From Isurus oxyrinchus (taxonomy: Eukaryota), in NCBI GenBank assembly GCA_026770705.1, contig JANJGN010000075.1, positions 1,612,001 through 1,676,000 of the forward strand: a stretch of DNA of 64,000 nucleotides. Reading direction: 5' to 3'. A model generated the notes under the pieces. The model did no database searches. It was given only the letters and a program-made list of their open reading frames with translations, and had not been told where the DNA came from. Below, in pieces: positions 1-13,649 of this stretch. The stretch's first letter is position 1; each line of letters starts with the position of its first letter. The position numbers were made by a program, and so were the translations under genes.

Positions 1-360
1 ATCCACACTGGTTTCATGCTTATTCCTCCACTTGGGATTCGATCACAGATCCATAAACCATTGCTCCGGATTATTAGTCCAGTGATACACTACTACGTCA
101 CGGCGTCCTACTGGTTGCGTGGCTGTGATCTAATTTAATGGTATCAAAGACTTGAAGTGTTAAATGACCTGCTAATTTTCCTATATCTTGTTCAGTTTCC
201 TAGTCTTTATTTTCTAAGCCGAACCTGCCACCTTCTGCACCAGCTGAAAATATAGTGACATAGAAATTATAGTAAAGAGTGTGGAACATAGAAGCAGATT
301 TCAGGTGGACATATGCAGCCTGGTGAAATGTGGATAATTTTTGACAATAATTATGAGGTG
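1..360 (+). repeat. Segmental duplication copy (partner 63641-64000)
   Basis: Collinear match to 63641-64000 across a SINE-head/unique/CR1 junction, e.g. ttttcctatatcttgttcagtttcc...tttattttctaagccgaacctgcca. Confidence 0.9.
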
Positions 361-1235
361 ATGCATTCAGAGATGACTCAGGAGAAAAGGCAAGTTGAAG
401 AAAATTGAAAAAGTTCCAAAGTGTGCAGGAAGAGAGGTCACGTACACCAATATTTCAAGATGACGAAACACATTTGAAGCAGTTTAGAGAAGGTTGACCA
501 GACTGATACATGGAATGGGTGGGTTGTCTTATGAGGAAAGGCTGCACAGACTAGGCTTGTATCAGCTGGAATTTAGAAGATTAAGGGGCGACTTCATTGA
601 ACCACTTAAGAGCCTGATGAGCCTTGAGAGGGTGGTTGTGGAGAGGATTTTCCTCTTTTGGGAGAATCTAGAACTAGGGGTCACTGCTTAAAACTAAGGG
701 GTCGCCCATTCAAAACGAACATGAGGATGTGTTTTTCCACTCAGGAAGTCGTGAGCCTTTGGAACTCTCTTCCTGAAAATGCAGTGGAAGCAGAGTGTTT
801 GATATTTTCAAGCAGAGATGAATAGATTCTTGGCAAGCAAGGGGCTGATAGATTACCTTTGTAAAAGGAGTGCAGCTGCGATAACATTTAGATCAGCCAT
901 GATTTAATTAAATGTCAGGGCAGGATGGAGGGGCTGAATGGCCTACTCCTGCTCCTTTATTGTATGTTCGTAAGTAAACGTTGAAGAATCTGGGGCAAAT
1001 AAAACAATCTTGCTGGAATTGTGGTTCTACAAATAAACGCAAACAATGAAAAAGACAGGAAGTGATTCTCAAATATGCATAAATCATCGGCTAGGCCTCA
1101 TCTGGAATATGCTGTCCAATTTTGGTATCCACTTTAGGGAGCATGTCAAAGACTTTGACAGGATGGAGAGGATAATGTCACATTGGTTCTAGCGATGAGG
1201 AGGCTTCATTGATGTGGAGAGATTGGAAAAGCTGG
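300..1235 (+). mobile_element. CR1-clade LINE 3' fragments
   Basis: TRLIHGMGGLSYEERLHRLGLYQLEFRRLRGD; 3' tail gggctgaatggcctactcctgctcct; second fragment RPHLEYAVQFW. Confidence 0.85.
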
Positions 1236-2250
1236 TCTGCCTGTCTCCCTCTGTGTCTCTCCATTTATTTTCCTATTTTACTCTGTACGCCTCAAATTGT
1301 GTGTCATTCTTTTTCTACGTGGCTCTCTCTCTCTGTGTGACAGTTTCTTTCTGTGTGTCTGTCTCTGTCTGTTTAATTGTCACTGTCTGTGCATGTCTCT
1401 CTTGTCTTGTAGCTGTTTATGTCTTTGTGCCTATCTCTATTTGTATGACTGTCTCCGTGTACACGTCTGTCTGTATATGTTTCTTACTGTTGTTGTGCCA
1501 GTCTCTGACTTTTTAGCGTCCCTGCCTATATTTCTGCACGTCTGCCTGTGTGCCTGCCTCTGCCTTTGCGTCTAATAAGACCTGTATGCGTGCCACAGCC
1601 TGTGTCTGTGTGACTGTCCCTGTCTGTGTACCTATCTCTGTCAGTGTGTCTGTCACTTTCTGTGCACATGTGACTTTCTTTGAGTCTGTCTCTGTTTCAG
1701 TAGCTCTGTGTGTCTCTCTCTCTTTTTGTGAGTGTCACTCAGCGCTTGCCTGTCCGTACATCTTTGCCACGAATAACTGTGTATCTCTCCTTGACAATGA
1801 TTCTGTCCCTGCCTGTTTTTCTGTCTCTGTCTGCGTGTCTGTCACTGGGAGCATTTGTCAACACATGTTTGTCTCTCACTTTCTGTGTCCCTGTCACTGA
1901 CTATGTGCCTGTCTCTGCCTGTGTCTCTGTCACTGTCTGTGTCTCTATCTCTGTAAGCCTGAAACTGTCTGTGTTTTTATCTTGAATTTGTGTGTATCAC
2001 TTTATTTGTCTCTGTCAATGTTTGTATGTCTGTCTCTGTATTTGTTTTTCTCTTTATTTTTCTGTCACTGTCTGTCTGTCTGACACTGCCTGTTTGTCTG
2101 TCTCCGCCTTTTGTTTCTCACTGTCAATGCCTCGGCCCCTGTGTGCTTGCAACTGTCTGTGTTCCTGTCTTGAATGTGTGCCTGCCATTGTATTTGCTTC
2201 AGTCGTTGTCTGTGTGTCTGTCCTTGTCTGTCTGTCCGTCTCTCTGCCCC
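1236..2250. repeat. TG/TC-rich low-complexity tract
   Basis: Degenerate (tgtgtc/tctgtc)n, which explains the C/V/S/L-rich ORFs. Related tracts at 7310-7445 and 11070-11515. Confidence 0.9.
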
Positions 2251-3140
2251 ATGATGGCATGATTTGCGGCTTTAACAGCAAGTTAAGGTAACAAGTCAAT
2301 GTAAAAGGAAAATATCGACCATGAAAGGCAACTGCTGGAATGTGTGAACTGAAGGACATTATTTACTGCCCTCTATAGAGATCTCAATCTCAAGGATGTA
2401 ATCAATCCAAGAAGACCAAAGGAAGAACTGCCACCTAGAAATTTAGACCGATTATTGTTACAATTCACGGTTGCAAGTGTAGTTTATTAATGTTCAATAA
2501 GATCACACTTCGTGCATGAACTTAATGGGCAGTGGAAGAAAATTAAACATCAATCGATAAAAAAAATGATAAAGTATCTAGCTGAATTTCAGAGTGACAG
2601 CAAGGGTATGGAAGAGAAACCTGGGGTTTCAGATCAGAAATACATCATCTCGGACAAAGCATTTGAGCGTTTACTTGAAAAGCAATGCTAAAGAGAGAGA
2701 CACGTGATCAAACAAAATGCATAAAAGTATATTGTGATAACCATAAATTAAATATTTTAAAGACATGTTAATTAATTAATGGCTAATTAATTTTTGCGGT
2801 CTTCCATACTGAATCTCCCTGAACTGATTTGTTCATATAATAATATTCAAGTTACCTCCTATACAATTAAATCACTAATTATTCCACATAACATCTTTGA
2901 ATCTGTTAACACAAATGCACATCAAATGTTGCCAACAAATTGAGCATTTGAACAGAATATAACATTATAAAAACGGACAGGAAATAAAAAATCTCAAAAA
3001 AAATATTAAAAAGCAAATTATATACATAGCGAAAGTGAGAACTGGTCTCATGGAGGGATAGATTGCCAAATTACTAATAGGGAACAAGGAAATAACAAAT
3101 TATTTGCGCAAGTTTTAAAACTTCTGTCTTCGAAGTAGTC

Positions 3141-3154
3141 CACACACACACGCG

Positions 3155-3190
<36 letters not shown>
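3141..3190. repeat. (CA)n(CG)n(CA)n microsatellite
   Basis: 50 bp of uninterrupted purine-pyrimidine alternation; Z-DNA-prone. Confidence 0.95.
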
Positions 3191-3191
<1 letters not shown>

Positions 3192-3199
3192 CATCCATG

Positions 3200-4810
3200 G
3201 CCTCGAAATACAAAAGGGAGGGACAAGCTAATACAAGCAGGGTCACTGGAGAAAAAGTACTGGGAAGGCAAATTGAACTAAATGCTGAAATGGCTCCGGG
3301 AATCCATGGCCTGCATCCTGGGGTCCTAATGGAAGGCGCAGCAGGATTATTGGGTACATTGCTTGCAATCATCCAATATTCCCTAATTCTGGAAAACTTC
3401 CATCTGCTTAGAAAATTGTTACTATAGCGCCTAAATTCTAGAAAAATACATTTCAAGAAAGAACAGTGAACCATATACCTGTTAGATAAGCACCTGACGT
3501 TGTGAAAATGGCACAATTCATTATGAAGAATGTAGTAGCAGGGCACATATAAATTGATACTTTAATCAGGCAGAGTGAACATGTTCCTGTGGAATTGAAA
3601 TGGAGTTTGGTAAATGTATGTTTCCTTTGAGAATGTAACAAAGACGCTCGACAGTGGGGAGCCTGTATATCTAGTGTAATTGGATTTACAAATGCTATTC
3701 GATAAGCTACCACGTTAAATGATAACGCAGCACTAAATGAGAGCTCATGGTATTATGGATGAAATAAGGGCAAGGATAAAGGACTGGGAAACTAACTGCA
3801 AATGGAGATGAGGGGGAAATGGAACACATTTAGTTTGGCACACTGTAACAAATGGAGTGTCACAGGGATCGGTGCTGGAACTACAACCATTTATCAACAA
3901 CATGAATGTTTGGATGAAGGGATTGGGCTGAATAGTAGCCACATTTGCAATTACAGAAAAGTGGGCAGGAAAGCAAGTTATGAGGAGGATACGGCGAGTC
4001 TGCAAAGGATAAATCAAATGAATGATTGGCCATCAATTTGGAAGTTGGAGTATAATCTGGGAAAATATGAAATTTTCCAAATGGCAGAAAAAAATCGGAT
4101 ATTAATTACAATGGGGAGAGTCTGCAAAATGTTCTTCTAGAGTGGGCCCTGAGTGCCCTTGGACATGAATCATAGAGAAGTACAATGAAGGCACAACAAA
4201 AATCGATGGAAAAAATAGAAATATGGACATTTTGTTGCAAAGGAGTTTGACTTTAACTGTGGGGAACCTCACCGCAATTTTACAGAGTATTGGTGAGAAC
4301 AAAGCAGGAGTTGTGTCTAAAGCCTTGTTTTCCAGGATATTCTTGCTTTAGGAGCAACTCACACAAGTTTCACTGATACCTCGGTTGAAGCGATAGCCTT
4401 CAGGAAAGGCTGAGCAGATTGGGCCTGTGCACAATGGCGCTTGGAAATCTGAGAGTTGGGCTTAGAGAAGCAAACGAGGCTCTAAGCGTGTATCACAGAC
4501 TCGATAATAGGCTAATTCTCTCCCCGTGGGCTGACTGAGAATTACGGCCTGCAGTTTACGAATAAGGATTCGCACAGATAAACGGCGTTGAAAAGGCATT
4601 TGTTTTCCCTGGCGTTATCTCCACTAGGGAGCAGTGAAGGCTTGGAAATTTAATATATTCAAGGCTGGGATACACAAGGACAGCCAGGTGCATGGGGGAT
4701 GGCAAGAAACTGGAGTGAAGACCGCCATTTGATCAGCAATGATCGCATTGAACGGCGGAGTGGGCACGAGGGGTTGGATGGCCTCCACCAGCTCATATTT
4801 CGATTAAATT
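3200..4810 (+). mobile_element. Degenerate CR1 LINE ORF2/3' end
   Basis: APGIHGLHPGVL, GVSQGSVL (ggagtgtcacagggatcggtgctgg) and a CR1 tail near 4740-4795. Confidence 0.8.
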
Positions 4811-6039
4811 AACGAATTGATGATCTCACGTAAAGGCTTGAAATGTAGGGAATAGTTAAGTTTGTCAGAGGGGCATTGAAATTCTGGTGCAATATGAATC
4901 CATATGAAAATCACAACAAATACTGTACATGTATCACAAAAGGATTAACTTGAATATTTAACAAAATTTAATTGGGCCTTTTTATCATATCTAGCTGCAA
5001 ATAAATTATCCAGCACAGGAAGGACGGGACGAATGAACTCCTATATTTGTATCGGTAAATCTAATCATATTTGTTGTATTCAGTCTCCATTTGGAAACAC
5101 TTAATAATCAATGGCTGTCATCAGTGTATGCCCTTTGTCTTAAGGACATAAGCCAATAGAAATAAGTTTAACCATTCACTAAAGATCCATTTACTGACCG
5201 AAGGAAAACTTCTTTGAATGTCAAAGGATAACAGCTGGGTGTCGTGTGTGTGCAAACACTGAGCATGTTTGCAGAACCCCAAATGTGTCCAAACCAAGAA
5301 ACATCATGTGAATGTGCCAGAGCTCCAATATGGAACAGTTGGAGGCATTGACAGTGGAATTGAAAAAAATGAGTATGGTAATTGAGAGCTGAATTCTCAA
5401 CACAAAGATAGACTGCAGCATTTTTGTTCATTAGTCTCCGCCCACCTTGCAGCTCTCTCTCTCTCAGTGATGTGTTCAGCTCTCACAGGCTAAATGAGGA
5501 AGTGGAGTTAATTCCGAATTCCAAATGGAACCGCTGTCTGAATTATTCACCAGAGCTCTTTAGTTGTACAGTTGGTACAGACACCAGCTTAAAGCTAACA
5601 GAAGGTACATTGAAAACAGCTGAAGGCTGGGGACATGACGGAAAAATAAGCAGACAGAGTGAAAGTGGACATTATTAAAGATGATAGGAAGGACACTTAG
5701 GAGTTAGAGTGGAAATGAGCGTTTTCAAGTTCATGGCGTTTCAGTGCAAAGAAAGAGGAACTTTGCGTCTGTCACTAACGACATTGGGTTATATATAACA
5801 GAATATCCGCACATAAAATTTACCAGAATGTTCCCTAATTGTGTTCAAGTGGTTTACTCCAATTTAACTTTCCAAATCTCCCAATGGCACTCGCTGATGA
5901 ATGATCCCGTCAATGCTGGATTCCCCATCACATTATTGGACCCAGATTCAGATAAGATCTTGATGAGATCACGAGCCCCCCAGACAATTATGGTGTTAAA
6001 GTCCTATAAATCTTTTGAATTGTTTCTAACTTGTTTATG

Positions 6040-6200
6040 TTCATTCAGGGATGTGGGCATCGTTGGCTAGGCCGGCTTTTATTGCCCATCCCTAATTCCC
6101 CTCATTGCAAGGACAATTTTTAGAGTCAACCACATTTCTGTGATCTGGACTCACATGTAGGACAGACCAGAGAACGACGGCAGATTTACTCCCTTAAACG
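6040..6200 (-). mobile_element. HE1-like SINE 3' fragment
   Basis: gggatgtgggcatcg..ggctaggcc...ttattgcccatccctaatt...tcacatgtagg; paralogue at 9320-9470. Confidence 0.65.
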
Positions 6201-8039
6201 TATTTCACCCGCCCATGCCCACTTCGCAGCACAGAACAAATATCACCCAATAATCAGCAGCTGTGTCACAACACTTTTCCGATGTTCCCTTTCTGTGGCT
6301 TTGGAGCACTGAGATGACTTGAAGTCAGACCGAACAACCAGGACCAAGCAGACAATCGGCCCTGCCGAGGTTTTGGGCAGAAAGACTCCTATTTCTAAAG
6401 GATAAATTCACTCTTCTCCAAATCACGTCACAGAACAATCATGTTACTATAAAACCGATTGTAGAATTTACTTCAACATGTGCAATGTGGAATTCGGGAG
6501 ATACCTCTTGACCCAGGGACAGGGCAGAATATGGGAAACTGCAACTCATGAGCAGATGAGGGCTACAGGATTGATGTTTTTCACGGGAAATATGTTCGGA
6601 AACATGTAGGCGATAAATATTATGAGGAAGTGATGATTACGTTGGATGAACCAGAGTGGAAGGAGGATGGTGTGGAGCATCAATTGCAGCATAGGGCGAA
6701 TAGGCCGAGTGAGGTATTTCTCTGCTTTGAAAACAAATAATTTCAACGGATATTAGGCACAAAGCGACAAAAAAGGCACTAACTGAAAATGACTGTGTTC
6801 AGCATCGAAGCCCTTCCCTTCTGATGTAGGGAAATTTAACCATCACAGCAAGAACAGAACATCAGAGTGAAGATTTTGTTTGAACACACTGAATACAAAC
6901 ATATTTTGACAATATTTTCGACATGACCTCAGCCTTAAATAGTATTAAGCCTTAATAAATGCAGCAGTACTGTGAGAGGAGCAGTAGCAGCTGACGGCTC
7001 TCAGGTATTCATTGATCATCAAAACTGAATTCAAGACTGATAACTACAGTAACCCATTTAATATTTCAGCAGCATTTCTTAGCATCTCAATACCTGGATA
7101 CATTTTGGTGAATCACACAAATTAAATGGGTTAAAATGAAGGGTACTGTCAGTGTTTGACTATTTTTTTAAGGCAGAGGTGTGTAGATTCTTGGTAAGCA
7201 AGTGGTTACCGGGGATATGAGAGATTCAGATGACGTAACCAACAGATCAGCCATGATTTTATTAAATGGCAGAACAGGCTGAAGGGGCCGAATGGCCTTC
7301 TCCTACTCCTGTCTGTGTGTCTGTATCTGCGTGTGTCTCTCCCCCTGTATGTGTGTCTTTGTATCTGTCAGTGTTTCTGACTCTATGTGCCTATCTCCTT
7401 CTATGTGCCTGATTCTGTGTATGATCTGCCTATGTCTGCGCGTGTGTTACTCTATAGTTAGGAGCAGTTCACACAAGTTTCACTGAAAGCTTGTCTGAAT
7501 AGTTCAGGAAAGGCTAAGAAGATTGGACCTATACTCAATCGCACTTGAAACCTGAGTGTTGGACTTATAGAATTATATATGGTAACCAGGGTCTTTTGCA
7601 GACTGGACACTAGAAGAATGTTCACCCCGTTAGGTGACTGAGAACTAGGAGGCAGAGTTTAGGAAGAATGATTCAACCAGTGGAATGGAGCCGAAGAGGA
7701 ATTTGTTTCCACAGGAGCTTTCCTCATCAGGGAGCAGTGGAGGCTGGGACATTTAATATATCCACGGTTGTGATCTACGAGGACGTCAAGGTGCATGCGG
7801 GCCAGAAAAGGAAGGCCACAATTACAACAGTCTCGATCTCATTGAATGGCGGAGCAGGATCGAGGTTCTGAATCGCCTATATCTACTCCCATTTCTAATG
7901 AACTAATGATCGTATGATCTTATATATGGGTTTAAAAATGAATGGAATGTTTAATTTTTTAAGGGGAGCATTGAAACTGTGGTGCAAATTGATTCCATTT
8001 GAACTATCCAAAGACCACTGCACATACAATTCAACAGCA

Positions 8040-8199
8040 GGGGTGCTTTATCGACCCCATTTAATCACATTTTGGTTTAAAGTTTGTAAGGTTCCTTTAA
8101 ACTTTGTCCTTAGTTTTACAACTGACCTGAATTAGGGGCTGTGCTTGATTTATCCCTAATTTTGTTAATTTAGTTTAATTGTTTTAACTCTAAAAGAGT
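8040..8199 (+). mobile_element. 5'-truncated non-LTR insertion with 15-bp TSD
   Basis: tacaattcaacagca at 8025-8039 and 8200-8214; absent from the duplicate copy near 4910. Confidence 0.8.
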
Positions 8200-9624
8200 T
8201 ACAATTCAACAGCAATAATTTGTATTTGTGCGAAATTAAAAACTCGGGTATTGTACCACATTTATCAGCACTTTAAAAATCCAACACAGAAAGGACGGGC
8301 CTAATGACCTCCTCTGGTATAAGATATCAATACTTCTTGTTATAGTTGTTGTACTGGGTTTCCATTTGCAACCATTATCAACAATTAATGGAATTCGTCA
8401 ATATATACACTTTTCCTTCAGGGCAGAAATCAATTGAAATAAATTAAAACATTCACTAAAGGTTCATTCACTGAACGCTTGGAAGCATCAGTGAAAGTAA
8501 AAGGAGAACTGCTGGGTGCCGTGTGTTTGCAAACACAGAGCATCTTTGCAGATCCCCACATGTGTACTGACCAAGGAAGATAATGTGAATGTGTCAGAGC
8601 TCCAACTTGGAACAGGTGGAGGCATTGACAGTGGAATTGAAACAATGGATTGTAGTAATTCAGAGCTCAATGCTGAACACAAAGTTAGTCTGCAGCATTG
8701 TTGGTCATTAGTCTCCGCCCTCCCTGCAGATCTATATCTCAGTGATGTGCTCAGCTCTAGCAGCTGAAAGAGAAAGTGGAGTCAATTGAAATTTCCAAAT
8801 TTAAACACTGCCTGAATTATTCAATAGAACAGTTTAGTTGTACAGTTCGTAAATACACCCGCTCAAAGCTAACAGAAGGCATATTGAAAGCAGCTGAAGT
8901 CTGGGAACATGACTGAAACATAAGCAAACATAGTGAAGTTTGTTATTATTAAAGATGATTGTGATAGCACTTAGGCGTTAGAGCGGAAGGGAATGGTTTG
9001 AACCTGATGGGGCCTCAGTTCAACGAAACAGAAACTCAGCTTCTGTCAGTAATGACATTGAATTAGAATTAACAGGATTGCTGAAAATAAATTCATCAAA
9101 ATGTTCCCTAATTGTGTTCAAGTTTTTTCCTCAATTTAACTTTCCAAATCTCCCGATGACTCTCGCTGATGAACGATCCCGTCCACGGAGAATAACCCAT
9201 CACTTTATCTGATCCAGACTGAAAGCATATATTGATTTGATCATGAGCCCCCCCCGAGATAATAGCGGAGTTAAAGGCCTATAGGCCTTTGAAACGTTTC
9301 TAACATTGTTTTTGTTTGTTCAGAGGATGTGTGCATGGCTAGCTAGGCCGCCATTATTTGCCCATCCATAAGTCCCATCACTGGGGCGACATTTTTAGGA
9401 GTCAAGTACATTGTTGTGTGCCCGGAGTCACATGTCGACCAGCCAACGAAAGGTGGCCATGTTTCCTTCACCCTCGTTCCGCGCATGCCCGCTTAGCAGC
9501 ACGGAACAAATTTCAAAATAATCGGCTGCTGTGTCACAAAATTTGACCATTGCTCCCTTTCTTTGGCTTTGGAGCACTGAGCTAACTGGTAGTCACATAA
9601 GACAACAGAACTAAGTAGATTATC

Positions 9625-9920
9625 AATATAAAAACAAAAAATTGCGGATGCTGGAAATCCGAATCAAAAACAGAATTAACTGGAAAAACTCAGCAGGTCT
9701 GGCAGCATCGGCGGAGAAAAGCAAAATTGACGTTTCGAGTCCTCATGACCCTTCAACAGAACTAATTAGAAGTAGGAAAAGGGTGAAATATAAGCTGGTT
9801 TAAGGGGTGTGCGTGTGTTTGGGTGGGGGTGGTGGGTGGGGGGTGGAGGCGGGGAGAGGCCTTGTTCTTCTCAGCTGATGCTGCCAGACTGCTGAGTTTT
9901 TCCAGATATTTCTGTTTTTG
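9625..9920. mobile_element. Penelope-like remnant with inverted termini
   Basis: ctggaaaaactcagcaggtctggcagcatc ... gatgctgccagactgctgagtttttccag; flanked by ctaag(t/c)agattatc at 9611 and 9921; empty site at ~6345. Confidence 0.72.
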
Positions 9921-12900
9921 CTAAGCAGATTATCGGCTCTGCCGAGATCATGGGCAGTCAAACAGGCTCCCATTGCGAAAATTACATTTACTATCCTTCA
10001 AGTCATATCACAGAGCCAATATCTAGCATTAAAGTAGATCAGAATCTACTTCAACATGTGCAATATGGTATCTACGAGATATCTCTTGACCCATGCAGTG
10101 GGCAGAATATGGGACAATGCAGCTCGTGGATTAATTGAGGACTATGTAATTGATATATAGCAGAGGAAATATGTTTGGAAACTTGTGGGTGATAAACATT
10201 ATGAGGAAGTGGTGATTACATTGCATAAACCAGGGTGGCAGGAGGATGGTGTAGAGCATCAATAACAGCATAGAGCTCTTGGACCGAATGATGTCTTTCT
10301 CTGCTTTAAATGCAAATAATTTCAATGGACATTAGGCATGAACCGACAAAAAATGCACTACCTGAAAATGACTGTGTTCAGCATCGAAGCCCTTCACCCC
10401 TGATCAAGTGAAATTTAACCCTCACAGCAAGAGCTGTACATCAGAGTGACGATTCTGCTTGAACACACTGAATACAAAGATGTTGTGACAATATTTTTCA
10501 CAAGGCTTCAGCCTTAAATACTATTCTGCCTTTCTAAGACCATCAGAACTGTGAGAAAAACAGCAGCCGCTGCTCGTTCTCAAGCATTCATTCATCATCA
10601 AAACTTAATTCAAGACTGTTAATTACAGAAAATAATTTAATATTGCGCCAGTATCTTCAAACATCTCAATGTCTGGATGCATTTGGGCGCATCACACAAA
10701 CTGAATGGGTTGAAATGAAGGGTAATGTCAGTGTTTGAATATTTTTAAGGCAGAGGTGGATCGATTCTTGGTAAGCAAGGGGCTGATAGGATATCGGGTT
10801 AGGAGAGATTCACATGACGTAACCATCTAGTCAGCCATGATTTTATTAAATGGCACAGCATTCCGTTGCAACTCATGTTGGTTTGTGTGAAGGACACAGA
10901 ATGAAGGTGATCTTTGCCACCAGATTCAGCCCCGTCTCTATTTCTCGGTTCTCATCATTTAGCATTTACCCTCAGGATTCAGCTGTCACAGGAGACGGTG
11001 GAACTCACAGAGAAGAAACAGTGAATGAGGACCTGGAGAATCTTATCATTTTCTCTGTGGTTAAGCAATGTTTGTATACAGGTCTCTTTCTGAGTATCTG
11101 TCATTTTCTGTATCTGTATCTTCCTCTCTATGTGCGTATGAGTCTTTCTGTGTGCATATCTCTGTGTGTCTGCCTCTGTGTGTCGGTCTCTGTCTGTCTA
11201 TCTGTCGCTGCTTGCATCTGTGTGTATGCCTCTTTGTGTGCGTATGATTCCCTATTTCTCTTTCTGCCTGTGTGTCTGCCCCTGCCCAAGAGTTCGTCTC
11301 CCTGTATGCCTGTGCATTTGACTGTCTCTCTAAATTTCCTTCTTTCTGTCTGCGTGGCAGTCTCTAGCTGTGTGTCTGTATCTGCATGTGCCTCTCTCGC
11401 TGTCTGTGTCTCTGTGTGTTTCTAACTCGATGTGACGATCTCTGTCTATGTGCCTGACTCTGTGTATGTCTCTGCCTATGTCTGCGAGTCTGCGTCCGTC
11501 TAAGTCTTTCTCTGTCGGCGAGCCCCATTAAGAAATTAATTCATACATTAGCAGATGCTTTTGAAGTTGAAGAAAAACACCTCAGTAGGTGTATGATAAA
11601 ATTTGACGAGAAAGAGCAGCTGCTGTAAGGCGTATATTTAAGGATATTAGTCTCCGCCCCTGTACAGATCTATATCTCAATGATGTGACCAACTCCAGCC
11701 CTGTAAAGGAGAAGGTGCTGACTAAATAATAAGAACCGAGCAGTGCTTCAAATCACCATAACAAGAGTAGTTTATTAACTGTCACATGCATGATACCTCG
11801 CATATCAACTAAATGGATAGTGAAAGAAAAACAAAATATTAATAGGTGAAATTTCTGGAAATGTAACTGTCTGAATTTTACAGAGTCAGTGAACGTTTGT
11901 AACGGAAAGCTGTGGTTTCACAGCAGAAACATTTCATCTCAGGCACAAAACAATTTAACCCTTGACAGTAGAAACAATGACCCAGAGACAGGCGTGTGTT
12001 AAATCACTTTGAAAGAAAATACATGGTGACAATTCCTTCTAACTACTTTGAATAGCTTAAACAACTAATTCCACGTTACAAAACCGCCAGAGATGCAGAC
12101 AAACAGACTGATTCACCCTGCACTTAATTATTCACACTATTAAATGCAAGCTGCTTCAAATGCAAAGCAGCCATTAAACATTCTACAAAGCAGCTCAGAA
12201 GTTATTAATAAGCAGAGACGGTGCATTATGCCAACATGTTGAGATTGGAGCGCCATGTAATCATCTATTTACAGACTGAAATAAAAGTTTCATCAAGTAC
12301 CTGAAAAGCAAGCCAGAAGCCACAATGTGCATTGGCCTCTGAGAGGTGGAGACTGGCGAGTTAATGATGGGAATCAAGAACCTGGTGAATGGATATTAGG
12401 CGTGAAGTGACAGAAAATGTAATAATTCGAAATCTGTGTGTTCAACGTCGGAACCCTTCAATTCTGATCAAGTGAAATTTAAACCTCATAGCATGAACAG
12501 TGCATCAGAGTGAATAGTCTATTCGAACACGCTGAGAACAAGCATATGGTTCAATTTTTTTACATGACTTCAAGCATAAATAATATTAAGTTGTTCTATG
12601 AAGATGGCCACTGTGAGAGCAATAGCAGCAGCTTCTGCTTCTCAGGCATTCATTTATCTCAAAACTGAATTCAGCCTGCTAAATAGAGAAACAAATTTGA
12701 TATTGTACAAGCATTTTCTAACATCTCAATTACTGGATGCAATTTGGCGCAACAAATAGATTAAATTGGTTAAATTGAAGGGTCCTGTCAGGCACAAAGC
12801 AATTCTGTAAGGTATAACCGTACTAGAACAGACTGGCAAGTCATTATTTCAGCTGCTTCAACCTCTAGGAGACAGTGCAGATTGTCAGCTGTTCACTGAG

Positions 12901-13649
12901 AATGAGGGCAAGGAATGAGGTGATGGTTATCACTGGAAAACTACACCCACGATGGGCATGTGTGTGAGGGCATTGGGTTATACCTTCAAGTCTGAACATC
13001 AGATTTCAGAGAGGAGAGAGCCCCAAGGAGGCTAAAAGTGGGGAGCAGGGGAATAGTGGAAAGCAGCAAATGCAACTGAATGGATGTCATTAATCATCAT
13101 TTCTTCAGCTCTGTGGAGAAACTAAAGAAGTCGGGGGTGTTCTCCAGATAAAACAGAATTTAAGTGGACGTTTAGGGAATATGACCAGGTATTAGAGACT
13201 TCATTCCTGTGTAGGGACTGGAGAAGGTGGGATGATTCCCCTTAGATATGAGGAGTTTAGCACATTTTTCCCAAGGTGGCAGTGAGGATTGGGAATTATT
13301 TTATCAGAAGAGATGTGACAAGTTGGGAGTGTTGGTGAGAAATCAGAATGGGAGGAACAAATGTGTTGAATACAAAAAATACCCGAGCAAAACAAAGAGG
13401 CTGAGAATGTGTCAGTCTGAGGCTCACGGTTTCAGAAAAATCTTTAAGCAGAAATCTGTGATATCAGCTCAGAGACACTTCATCTCGGACATATGTGATT
13501 TCAACCCCTGACAGGATGAACAGGGCATCAGAGCCAAGTCTGGAGCCAAACATATAAAAATAACATTTATTGTTGTAACCTTTTGGTACGTTTTAAGCCT
13601 TGTTATTCATGAATTTCTCTAACACCACGAGAGTTAGAATAAAAACGTT

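Larger units (their letters stand above)
4345..11490 (+). repeat. Direct tandem duplication (~3.1-kb unit: 4345-7455 and 7456-11490)
   Basis: ggagca..tcacacaagtttcactga at 4351 and 7461, collinear thereafter. Copy 2 has extra inserts at 8040-8199 and 9625-9920. Partial further copies at 12390-12790 and 15060-15740. Confidence 0.88.

Noticed and set aside
1214-2359. Cys/Val/Ser/Leu-rich ORFs (also 10850-11425, 48395-48915)
   Set aside because: Translations of TG/TC low-complexity tracts, open in several frames.
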